Below are positions 25,701-36,384 of a stretch of 64,000 nucleotides of DNA, in pieces. The notes beneath the pieces were generated by a model, which had not been told where the DNA came from, did not search any database, and saw only the letters and a program-made list of their open reading frames with translations. The DNA is from Psammoneis japonica (taxonomy: Eukaryota): contig QPGO01000008.1 of the NCBI GenBank assembly GCA_008632985.1, forward strand, positions 414,979-478,978. The letters run 5' to 3'. Every line of letters begins with the position of its first letter. The first letter of the stretch is position 1. A program made the translations under genes and the position numbers.

Positions 25701-27430
25701 CCTGGTCCATCATGGCCACATGGACAGCTGATGGTTTGGCACGTGGCCAGAATTTCAGCACGCACACATGTGTCAGAGGTTGACAACTGAGGACCTGGAG
25801 CTCAAGCCATGATCAAACACTTGGCAGCCAAGTGCCTCTCCCAAAGGCCAAAAGAAAGACTGGGCATTCTGAAAAAGTCCAACAACCAGAGGACAGATGA
25901 TGAGAGCTCTTCAATGTGAGACATTTGCAGCTGACATGTGTGCTCATCTGTGCTGCCCTCCTCTTGACCCATTTGACCACCAAGTTGTCAACACAGAGAA
26001 AGGCTGCAAAGCACCTGGCTTGGACTGCTGTTTTCATGTGTCCTTGGCAAAAGAGTCATGCCCTGCTTGATCAAATTTGATGTGACAAAGGGGCATCTCT
26101 GCACATGTGCACCTTGCCTCTCAAAAGTCAGCGCAAAAAGAATTGTGGCTGACACCATGCTTCACAGGAAGCTTCTGGAAAACCTGTCTGGGCTGAGCCA
26201 GCCAAGCCATCCAGTGTGTCAGAAAATTGAGGTGAGCACACCTTGGAAGAGCCACGCAGAGAAATCCAAACAAGAGGAGGTGCTGCAATTGTGAGAATCC
26301 ACCCAACAACAGAGAAAACCATGCACCCCAACAGCAGTCATTTTGTGACATGTGACATGATGGTTGCTTGAAAAGCCTTGGAAGTTGATGGCATGTGGAG
26401 TGCATGGGGCCAATTGATTTGATGCTGGGTGGTTTGCAGCCCATGTTTGATGGCTTCAATGTGAAGAAACAAAAAGGAATGAAGGCCAATGGTGCATTGC
26501 TGGCACAGAGCAAATGCTGCAGTGCAGCGGTGCTTTTGTTTGCAGAACAAACCAAACAAGGTTTGATCTTGTGTGCAGCAAAGCCAAAATGATGTGCAAG
26601 CTCACGGAAGTGCAAGCAACAAAAAGCAGCAATGCAGTCAGCTTGAATTGCACACTCTTGCAGAGGGAAATCAAGTGGGAAAATTTTGAGCAAAAAAGTG
26701 ACCATGAGAAAACAGTCATTTCAAAAGGGGCGACACTGTGCTGAGTGTCTTGTGTGAGCATGATCTTCATTCAGTCATTGAGAAACATTTTAAATGTGGA
26801 ATGTTGTTGACCACATTGGCGACCACAAGAAAAGAGCCATTTCAAAATGGGGGGTTTCAATGTTCCAAGTGCCTGAGGTGAGCCCAAGATCCAAGCTTTG
26901 GCTGAAGTTGCCAGGACATCCAAGATCTCAATTTGCCAAAATCAGGTGATTTTGCCACACCTGACCAGCCAACTGCCCAATGCATGTGATGGTCATTGCA
27001 CCAAGCAGGTGCAATTGAGGGCTGCCTTCATTTTCTGTGTGTCACAGTGTTCTTGTTTTCATTGTGCAATGACATCCTGCATCAGACCTCAGTGCCAAAA
27101 ACAAGCAAAGCTGCTGTGTGCAAAGAGATTGAAGAATTGCTGTTGGCAGTTTGGGTGGTTGACAAGTGTGGTTGTTCACACATGCCAAACAACAAAGTTG
27201 GCAAACACACATTTTTTGCTGCCACACTTGTGTTCTCTTCATGCAAGCAAATGGACACAGAGGTTGTTTTCCTCAGGCAACTGCAGCAGGGCTGCATGGG
27301 CACTGGTGTGCCATGATGGTGATCTCCTCTTGGCAGAGGAGATGCACAAAGTGCCAGATGAGGGAAAATCCTGCAAAAGACTGCCCCAGCCCCAGCTGCA
27401 AAGGTGAGCAGCTGAGATGCTCTGCCATGT
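22744..27430 (+). mobile_element. decayed LINE-like non-LTR retrotransposon: APE-like? - RT - RNase H-like? - C5 DNA methyltransferase-like
   Basis: collinear RT motif remnants across frameshifts: GDCSKWAHRPI (~24281), QKTF.GVGGC..NI (~24415), VWL..EK/AF..V (~24521), GLLQG...TLF (~24712), FAD (~24832), HKKC (~24945); weaker LALCDTK/GD (APE) and SDS...ADGLARG (RNase H). Confidence 0.6.
26172..27010 (+). pseudogene. degenerate DNMT3-like cytosine-5 methyltransferase domain inside the LINE-like element
   Basis: ordered remnants LLENLSGL (motif I?), NH.P...FCDM*, GPIDLMLGG..PC (motif IV), N...QKG, FAE (VI), NA...QR...WENF (VIII), AECL, LTTLATT, LW/AEVAR (IX), QL.NA..VI (X), with DNMT3-like spacing. 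Confidence 0.55.
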
Positions 27431-29831
27431 GATCTGAGAATTCACAGTTGTTCCAGCTGACCAAGAACTCTCATGTTGCGCAGCGCATTTTGATGCTCAC
27501 AATCTCCAAGCATGCAGGTGCCAGTGCTTGCAAAAACAAAATGTCTCCACTAAATGCTGCTTCCCTTCAATGTGAGCAAGCACACTGCTCCACCCATGCA
27601 CAGTTGGAGCTGTCATAAAATTTGGTGCTGAGGTCTTGGTGTGCTGCGTGCTTGCCCCTCCATGGCTCGGCTGTGGGGATGACTTGTTTTTTCTTCAAAT
27701 GGTCTGAGATGTTGCCTGACTCTTGTTTTGTGTTTGCAAATCTCTTCCCCTTTTGATTTGTGCTGTGCTGTTGTCAAGCACTTTGGCAGCAACAGCACAC
27801 AGGCTGCTGCGTGATCTCTCACACCTGTTTGCATCACCACATGGTTGCTGTTGTGGTGTCTGGTGACATTCTTTGTCATTTTGGCATTGTGCATGTTTTG
27901 CTCTTTGTTCTTTCTTTTCTCTTTCATTGTTGCAGTGTTGGTCATTTTCTGCTTCTTGCATGCTTTGACTGTTCTTCAGTTGGCAGCATGTGTGGTGCGG
28001 AGTGTCACATCTCTGAGCATGCAAACTCTGGGGGGCTTGAGCAAGACATGTGCATCTTTGTTGCATGTGGGCTGCTTTGCTTGGTCAAATGTTGTGAACA
28101 AGCAGAGCATCTCTCTTTGGAGCTGGAGTCATTTCCAAGCTCAGCAGTGCAAAGCTCTTGTCATGCTGCAGGTTTGCTGCTTGGTTTGCTTGCTCTTTCA
28201 TTTTTCAGCAAAGTTGCAGCCACTGCTGCCATTGCTTTTTGTGGGTCATTGTTGTCACTGTCTCAAAAGAAGCTCTCTCTCTCTCTCTCTCTCTCTCTTT
28301 TCTCCACACAGCAGCAAGTCATTTTTTTGTTGTGTTGCTGTTGTTGCTGCAAGAGGGGGGGAGTGCAGGCTGTCATTGTCAAAGCTTGCTGAGGAGGCTG
28401 CAAAACATGGTGAGAACAATTTGCTTGGCTGAGCGATGCTGTTGTCACACGCTGGCATGTCTTTGCAGAGCTGGTTTGTTTCTCTTTTTTCCATGTGCCA
28501 GGTGGGCTCTCTTTTTCCATCTTTTGTCATTGGGGCCTGCTGAGAAGAATGCAGAAATTTCTGCGGCCCTTGTTGTTGTTCTTTGTCCTTTCTCCTCTCT
28601 AAACCAGACTTTGGCTTTGAGGCAACAGCAGAACAAAGGGGCAAAAGCAACATGATTGGATTTTTTAGGATTTTCCACTGCACAAGAAAAGCACAGTGTG
28701 CTGCATGCCTCATTGCCAAGAGGTGGTGACGTGAATGTGGCGTGTGTTGTTGTGACGTTTGTGCCATGTCAGCAGTGTGCCCCAGAGTCTTTTGTCCTTG
28801 CAGACACTCAGTTTGTCAAGTTTGTGAATTCACTCAGTCATGTGAAAGAAGTCCCCACGAGCAACCTTTGTTTGACAGCAAAAGGTCATGCCAACACAAG
28901 GCTCTGTTTTTTGCCCCGTCGTTTGATGCACTCCATTGTTGAGCAATTGAGAGGAGTTCATCCGGGGGAATTTCTTCACACACATTCATGTTCACAACAG
29001 CACAGTCAACTGATGTGTCAAGCACCAACTGCAAAGTCATCCTCTGGCTTCATCTAAAAAGTGCCGTTGTCATCATTCCTGTCGAGCGACAATTTGCCAT
29101 GCAAACCGCAGTCAGCTGCGTGTCCTGCATCGTCGGCCCAATGTTGCACTGCTGTGCTCAATGACTTTTGTGCACACCCTGAGAGCTGCTTCACACCCAG
29201 ACTGCAAGCATTAAGTCAAACCACACATTTTGCTCCTGCTGTCAACGGATGTGCCAAGAGCAAGAGGTGTGAGGACAATCTGCACTGCCTGACTCGTTCG
29301 ATTGTTCAAAGCTCCCAATCTGGATCTCATCCATCCACGCGCGCAAGATGCGTCATGGCTTCAACTCGGAAGGGTGAAGTTCCGCTTCATTCAAAAGCAG
29401 TTCGCGTTCTGGCAGTGAAATGTACCCTACGAGTCTTAAGAATCACATACATAGCCTCTAAATAAAACTCCGGGAATGGCATGAGAAGAAGTGTGACTCG
29501 TATGCAAAAGTAACTCGATACACGCAGTCGTCATTAAAAATCTGGCGAGCTTCACTTATGATGATGACGTGTCTTCATCTGTCGATGAGCCATTCGTGTC
29601 ATCATTACTTATGGGACAGCGGTTTGCAAGATCGGCTTCTCGTCGTTTTCTGACGACTGCGGCGGCATGTTGACAAGCGATCTTCTTCGTTTTTTCACTT
29701 GGCACATCCCGCCCATCATCTCGCTACTTCGTTTTGCAATCCCATCAAAGCTGTTGATTGCATCACGTGACAACAGTGTCACAGTCACGCAACACAGCTC
29801 TCACACTGAGTACTGATTCAACAACAGCATC

Positions 29832-30563
29832 ATGACTGTCACTGTAAATGCCGCTTCGGATGAGCTCGTTCTTGCCACACAAGATTTGAAGGAACTGAAG
29901 CTTACAACAACTGCATCCAACGATTCTTTGTCGTCTGATGGAAGCATCGCTTCGAGCACCGTGGCTAGTGAGCCGACAGTAGAGCCTGATAATGATGATG
30001 CTTCAATATCATCAGCAAGACCTTGTATCAAATCAAACTATTCCATTGACGATATTCCTCTGGCTCTGCACAAGAGTTCCTTCAAGTGTCTCCCCAAACC
30101 AGACATGAGCTCGCTCCGAAAGACGCGTGCGATTTCGTGCGAATCTTACTTTACCGATAAGCAGCAAAAACAACAAAAACGCCGGGGTGTCTCGTTCAAG
30201 GATGTGACTGTTCGCAAGTACGATTTGACCTTGGGCGATCATCCGTGTGTTTCGTATGGCTTTCCGATTTCGTTGGATTGGGGCTTTGAAGAAATGGAGC
30301 CGATTGATTTGGAGAGTTACGAATCGGACCGTCAACCGCAACGCCGGAGTATGCGTCAATTGGTGTTGTCTCATTATCAGCGAAAGAACATCTTGTTGCA
30401 CACATATGGTCACTCTAAAGAAGAATTGCAAGCGGCGTCTAAACAGGTCAAGACAGCTCAACGTCAACGAGCCTTAACAAAGTACTGGCTGAAACTATCC
30501 AAAGTCGAAGAAGCGGCAGAGAGCGCTAGAAGAAAGGCCAAGCGAGCCGTCAAGTCATCATGA
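29832..30563 (+). CDS. diatom-type protein with VxFxxVxVRxYxxxLGDHP...ISLDW domain (RVxF-containing)
   Basis: intact ORF; RGVSFKDVTVRKYDLTLGDHPCVSYGFPISLDWGF. Confidence 0.8.
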   Translation: MTVTVNAASDELVLATQDLKELKLTTTASNDSLSSDGSIASSTVASEPTVEPDNDDASISSARPCIKSNYSIDDIPLALHKSSFKCLPKPDMSSLRKTRAISCESYFTDKQQKQQKRRGVSFKDVTVRKYDLTLGDHPCVSYGFPISLDWGFEEMEPIDLESYESDRQPQRRSMRQLVLSHYQRKNILLHTYGHSKEELQAASKQVKTAQRQRALTKYWLKLSKVEEAAESARRKAKRAVKSS

Positions 30564-31261
30564 TGTCTTCCAATTTTGGTTGCTATCGAGCAACCCCCAA
30601 AACCTACACTTCATCCTGTATGCTATTCATTACTCATTACATTTCACTTCTTTTGGTTTTTGGACACGAACTGTCCCCACTCTGAACATACCACTTGTAA
30701 CATAATCATCACTACGTTTCTCTTTTCACAAGCTTTCACCTTTTCTTAGTAGTATAATATGTTCTAGAGGTAGTATGGTGTTAGTAACTTGCGATGCTGC
30801 TTCTATCGCTTCATAGATGCTCTAGAACTCTAACTTCTCTACTCTTACTCTAGGTAGCCGGCTCCATCCTCTAAGGTACCCCATCAATGTTGAATGAGTA
30901 GAGTGGGAGCTACACACTATGGATAGATCCGATCTACCCTTGCTCTAGCAAGTGGGTACGACACTCTCCTGCTTACAGTATTCATTTTATGGTCCTCGCG
31001 CCACTATTATTCGAGTCGAACAGGTCAACTTGAAATTCCGGAAGAATTTCCACTCGCACCTTTCAATGCGAAGGTCGCGCACTTTTTCCACCAATCAGAA
31101 TGAGCAATGTCGTCACGAGTTGAATGAGTGTATACAACTCTAAATAAAAATATATAAAAATGAAGCCCTCCCATTGGTTCATTCCTCCGGAAGTTGCGAG
31201 AGAACGACGTGGCGTGGCGCGATGACCAACACGCGGGAAAAAACACGCACGACCTCTTCTA

Positions 31262-31460
31262 NNNNNNNNNNNNNNNNNNNNNNNNNNNNNNNNNNNNNNN
31301 NNNNNNNNNNNNNNNNNNNNNNNNNNNNNNNNNNNNNNNNNNNNNNNNNNNNNNNNNNNNNNNNNNNNNNNNNNNNNNNNNNNNNNNNNNNNNNNNNNNN
31401 NNNNNNNNNNNNNNNNNNNNNNNNNNNNNNNNNNNNNNNNNNNNNNNNNNNNNNNNNNNN
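31262..31460. other. assembly gap (Ns)
   Basis: run of N. Confidence 1.
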
Positions 31461-32502
31461 TTCAGGAATTCCTTCGACTGTGGTGATGCAACAGCAAGGC
31501 TCTGTAAGATTCGAAGCAACGGCCCTCGCTCCAGCAATGAAGAAGAAGAACAAAGATCATAACAATATCTTGTCTGTCGGGGACGGTCGCGTCTGTATAC
31601 ATGATGATAAGGCTGATACTCTCGTTGAAACGGATAGCGATGATGAACACAGCAAACAAGATACTCTGGATTCGACTCACTCGAGCGACGCAAGTTCCGA
31701 CGAAGAAGCGGAACCAGCAGCGACACAGCTGGAACACTCAACAAAAACAGCACCCGCAGCAGTAGCTCAAGACAGCAACGACGATACGGTCCAACCCTTG
31801 ATGAAACAACCAATAAAATGTGATGCAAGCACTGCAGTCACGTTGGATATGTCTCAATCGTCGGCCAGCACGTTTGCCAGTCATTCTGCAGTACCGCAAC
31901 CACTGCAACCGCGAGAATTGCCACGACGCCGTTCCATGTTGAAACCAGAATCCGTCGTGACGATGGAAGACTTGAGTATTTCACCTCGCAAAAAGGTATG
32001 GATGACTCTGCCTCCTCCGGATATGAACAAGATTCTTCAGCGATCCGTCACTGTCGATACCGCCGCCACGAGCGAACCACTCTCTACTACTAGTGCTGGC
32101 GCTGCTCGCAAGGGCGTTCGATTTGCAGACGTAAACATTCGAGAGTACGACATGACTCTGGGAGACAATCCGTCCGTGTCGATTGGACCACCCATTTCGT
32201 TGGATTGGACCTATGAAGAACAGGCAGCACTCGACTTGGAAGATTACGAGGCGCAGCGAGGACCACGACGAATGCTCAGACAAATGATGATGAATTATTA
32301 TCAACGGAGAAATCTCTTGCTTCATACCTATGGGCACTCGGAAATGGAATTGAAAAAGGCAGAGAAACAAGTCAACAAAATCAGGAGTCAACGAGGAACA
32401 ACTAGATACTTTTTGCAGTTTTCAAAGGTCATGGATGCCGTCGAAAGCACCGGGCGCAAGACGAAGCGACTGGTCAAGGGTGGAAAGAAGAAGAACAAGT
32501 AA
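31461..32502 (+). CDS. tandem paralogue of 29832..30563; start uncertain (ATG near 31486 or within the gap)
   Basis: KGVRFADVNIREYDMTLGDNPSVSIGPPISLDWTY...LLHTYGHS shared with upstream gene. Confidence 0.8.
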
Positions 32503-33244
32503 TAAGCACAGCTCATGCTAACGCTGGTGTGGGTGGCTCTTGTGTACATGGACTATATGCAATTTTTGATTTATATTATTAGACAGCAGTTTTGAACAGA
32601 ACGTTTTACGGGTAGTTAGTTTTGTTTAGCATGCCACCAATGTACAGTATGTTGCTCTAGTACACCGCTGGTGCGAGAGGATTGAGTACTGTGCTTTAAC
32701 GAGAAAACTCTGTGAAAGAGAATGGGCACTGCGACCGTCACTTACAACCTGCCTACTCCGCTCGTGCTCGGCTCAAAAAATGCAGGACTAGCAATTTTGT
32801 AACCACACTGTTTCTTCTGCTCTTCTCAAGGTCAATGTCAGCACACGATATTTGACGACAAGTTTCCCATCGCGTCGAAGATAGCATTTTTGAGCCTTTT
32901 TTAGTTGACCTACCGGGACTTTTACATGACTGACATTTGCCACCTAAACAGGATTTCAGTCGAAAAGTCCTGCCAAAGCCGGAATGACTGGACTGTACTT
33001 TAGATAAGGCATACCGGTACGAGTCGATGCCTTTTTGGAAAAGATAGGCCCAAAAGCCTACTGTACTGGGCTAGAGACTACATGATTTTTTGAAATTGGT
33101 CCTGACCCCAAGAATCGCGACCATCCAATTGCCCCTCAGTCATGCCGATGCACGACACGGACCAAGAGAAGAAGCGCGAATGCAATGTCTATGCCTTAGA
33201 GCTACAGCCGCTATCGGCAGCTCTCATAAGTAATCCCTTCGAAC

Positions 33245-33772
33245 GTGGATTGGTCAGAGACAAACATTCTCGTCAGCCAAAAGGCGACCTTTTTTTTGAC
33301 CGGTATTTTGTCTTCCCCATCAAGTGTGGACTACGTTGCCATTCATCAAGACGATTCGTGGCATTGTTCCCCTCTGATCAACATGCATTTCAGGTATTAT
33401 CAAGACTACTACGCAACCCTAGGTGATAGCGGTGACGACTCAAAGGCCGTATCCAAGTCGTTTGACGACCTGCAGGAGGTCACGCCGAACCCGAAGGACC
33501 AGGAATACGATGGCACTACTGGTGATATCGGCATTACTACTCGCAGGATGCCGCATGACAGTTGGAATCCCACATTGAAGTTCAGTGAAAAGTACGAGAG
33601 TGTTTTCATGGGAGCAGGAGACATCATACAGTCCCCATCAAGTGCTCCTTCAGCATTCTTGTTGCGGGAGAATGATCTAGGTGCCAGTACTTCTGCTGGT
33701 GCTGGCAGCACGGTGACCGACTATACCAGTGTTGCGGTGGCGATTGTTATTATTCTTTCTCTACTGCTTTAG
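33245..33772 (+). CDS. possible last exon or fragment of a surface protein with GPI-anchor-like C-terminus
   Basis: Ser/Thr/Gly-rich end followed by hydrophobic tail VAVAIVIILSLLL*; no clear start or upstream exon found. Confidence 0.3.
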   Translation: MDWSETNILVSQKATFFLTGILSSPSSVDYVAIHQDDSWHCSPLINMHFRYYQDYYATLGDSGDDSKAVSKSFDDLQEVTPNPKDQEYDGTTGDIGITTRRMPHDSWNPTLKFSEKYESVFMGAGDIIQSPSSAPSAFLLRENDLGASTSAGAGSTVTDYTSVAVAIVIILSLLL

Positions 33773-34040
33773 GAATGGTGGGGCGGGGGAAGAAGGATGA
33801 GACAGGACATGCTGGCTTTTGCCTCGTGGTGAGGTTGGGATATTCCAAATCGAAACTTGCTGGACAGCATCGTCAGAGACCACGCAAAGAAGTACCGTAT
33901 AAAGGAGTAATAAAGCCTCTAGCTAGCTAGTAGTAGCTGATTTCTGTTTGTTTCTATTATTTTTACAATTTCCTTCTAACGCCTCGCTACTACGGGCCGA
34001 CATAGAGCGTCGTACGTGGTCGCACAAGCACTTTCTTAAT

Positions 34041-35585
34041 TCACGCAGTTGCGGCGGCCGGGTGTTGCAAACCAGCCTTGGCCAAGGTGGATGCCCATCT
34101 TGAGTCGATATCGTAACGAGAGTTGCGTACGTGATCATTCTCCTGGTCTGCTGCACCGGACCGAGCAGCCATGGCATACGCGTCCATGGCTTCGCTGAGA
34201 CGACCAGTCTCGACCAAAACGTTACCCAAGACTTGTAGCCGATCAGCCACAAAGGGATGTTTCTTGCCCCGTGCCAAGCGACGAGCCAATTCGACAATTT
34301 CCTGGTTCACCTTGAGACACGCTTCCAAATCGCCAATAACGTGATGAACGCGAGCCACGTTGCAGAGAGTCGTCACAACATCGATGCAAATACTCGATTT
34401 CATGATTTGTCGCTGCAAGGTCAACGTCTGCTGGTACATCTGCAAAGCATCTCGATATTCTTCGCGGTCATGCAAGGTTCGACCAACAGAGTACATGGCC
34501 TTGGCCAACTCGCGCTTGTCCGCATGAGGATGTTGCTCGAGGATTTGTTTGCATGCGAGCTGTGCTAACATTGCATGGTGGAGTTTTCGTTGATCAAAGA
34601 GCACCATTCCCTTCATACAGAGCACAGTTGCAACGTGCAAATGCGCATGACCAAGCTCATGACGAGCGTCATTCACAAACATCTTGTAGCATTCCAACGC
34701 CTTGCTCAGTTCCTCTCTGCGTTGATAAACCATACCGGTAATGTAACGAGTCGCCACTATGTTCATCCAACGAATACGGGCCTGCAAGTGCAATACAGAC
34801 GGTGATGTCTTGTTGCAGTTTTGTGGTCTGCCGTTCTGGATAGATAAATCAAGTTCTTCGAGCTCTGCTACAAGACGCAGCGCGGTGGACGTGTCGTTCA
34901 GTCTTACACAAGCTCGAGCACGGTTCAAGAGAATCGCTGCTCTCAAATACGACAATTCGGCATCTTCTTGTGCTGACGAAGAAATATTGCGAATGGTATC
35001 ATGTGCTCGATCAAAATGCGCCAGGGCCTCCTTGCTCTTGCCCAGTCTAAAGAGCAACACTCCCACGTTAGTGTCGTAGGCTGCCCAGAGAAAGCCAGAC
35101 TTTGGTCCTCGGTTATGCGGCTTCAAATCAGTGAAAAGTTGCTCCACTTGGTCATTGCCTACAGCGGCCTCGTATTGAATCAATGCATTGTTAAGACACG
35201 ATGCAGTCTCGACATCCTCTGTACACGTGACGGACAACGGTTCATGGTAGTACTCAAGCCCAAGCGGCGTCAGTTCGTGACTGCACAGTGGCTTTACAGT
35301 TCCAGTGCTGCTGTTTCTTCTGAGCAGTCCTCGTCTCGGCTTGGTGGTTACCTCCTCTGTACTCTCGGCCACATGACCACGCCTGTGTTCAGCGGCAAGC
35401 TTTCGGTAAAACCAAGCCAAACCACCGGCGGCACTCGAGTCATCGCTCTTGCCTGAAGCGTCATCTGCCGCCAATTTATAATGCTTCTTGGCATCCTCGA
35501 ATTCCCCTCTCTTGTGCAACAATGCACCAATGTTGTTATGCAATACTGCGCATGACGGCTGACCTGAGGAACAAGTAGGCGTCAT
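34041..35585 (-). CDS. TPR-repeat protein
   Basis: HNNIGALLHKRGEFEDAKKHYKLA, HLHVATVLCMKG, LCNVARVHHVIGDLE, HPFVADRLQVLGNVL. Confidence 0.8.
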   Translation of the reverse strand: MTPTCSSGQPSCAVLHNNIGALLHKRGEFEDAKKHYKLAADDASGKSDDSSAAGGLAWFYRKLAAEHRRGHVAESTEEVTTKPRRGLLRRNSSTGTVKPLCSHELTPLGLEYYHEPLSVTCTEDVETASCLNNALIQYEAAVGNDQVEQLFTDLKPHNRGPKSGFLWAAYDTNVGVLLFRLGKSKEALAHFDRAHDTIRNISSSAQEDAELSYLRAAILLNRARACVRLNDTSTALRLVAELEELDLSIQNGRPQNCNKTSPSVLHLQARIRWMNIVATRYITGMVYQRREELSKALECYKMFVNDARHELGHAHLHVATVLCMKGMVLFDQRKLHHAMLAQLACKQILEQHPHADKRELAKAMYSVGRTLHDREEYRDALQMYQQTLTLQRQIMKSSICIDVVTTLCNVARVHHVIGDLEACLKVNQEIVELARRLARGKKHPFVADRLQVLGNVLVETGRLSEAMDAYAMAARSGAADQENDHVRNSRYDIDSRWASTLAKAGLQHPAAATA

Positions 35586-35944
35586 GATTGTTACACTTCC
35601 AGTGAAAATGATGATGGCAATCAACGCGAATTGTGTTGAGAAGAACGTTGAAGGAAGCTTCCTGCTCGTGCTTTGTTCCTTTTCGGGCTCTCGCTCCCGT
35701 CCACGGACTGATGATTCTCGTTCGAGGGGCGCAGTACTCAAACCACGTAGATCTTACGTGGTTGACACCCCGAAGACGTCATCCGCCAGTACCGCCGGGA
35801 GATCAAAAGTATACGTCAATGAAGAAATTGGAATACAACCCGTGACTGACGACTCGACGAACTGTTGGGCGTTGTCACCATCCTGTGACGTCAACCTCAT
35901 TTATTATCGCCCATCAAGAGAGAAGTGGAGGCGGCCAAAAAACA

Positions 35945-36280
35945 GCTAGCACACCATGCCATGTACTCTCTCTAGCTAGAGTAGACCTATGTTACTGTAC
36001 AGTATTTCTGATGCAACTATTAGTAGTAGCTTAGAGAGGGTCTACTAGTAGAGTACGGGCGGGTGGGTAGGGCTAGCTGGGAATACTTAGTAGCTAGGGC
36101 AAAGCTGAGAGCGAAAAAGATCCTACTTACTACTAGTTGCTCTACCTTGGCTACTACTAGACCCTTCTTTACTAATGATTTGGCGGACGACTACCATAGC
36201 TACTTCGTTCAGTATTATCTATCGAGTACTCTATCCGCAGCCCTCTGCCTTGCGCACTGTACTACCAAAAGATCACTGTG
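35945..36280. repeat. TAG/CTA-rich tract
   Basis: ctctctctagctagagtagacc, tagtagtagcttagagag, tctactagtagagtac, tactactagttgctctacc. Confidence 0.65.
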
Positions 36281-36384
36281 CTGTATGAGATAAGGAGGAA
36301 GATTATGAAGGCAGCTAGGAGGTACCGGGTTTCCAGCAGAGCATCACAATTCGAGTCCGGTGCAACAAAGGTCCAAAAACATCT

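Larger units (their letters stand above)
16705..29420. mobile_element. hypermutated repeat block 1 (TpA- and CpG-depleted decayed mobile DNA)
   Basis: no TA seen in 20786-23114; 0 TA and 6 CG counted in 21001-21600; contains retroelement remnants. Confidence 0.85.

Noticed and set aside
16705..29420. Hundreds of overlapping Cys/His/Gln/Trp-rich, Tyr-free ORFs in all six frames (also in blocks 2-4)
   Set aside because: Artefact of TA loss: TAA/TAG stops and Tyr codons are missing on both strands and TG/CA codons are inflated. These are not genes and not an alternative genetic code.
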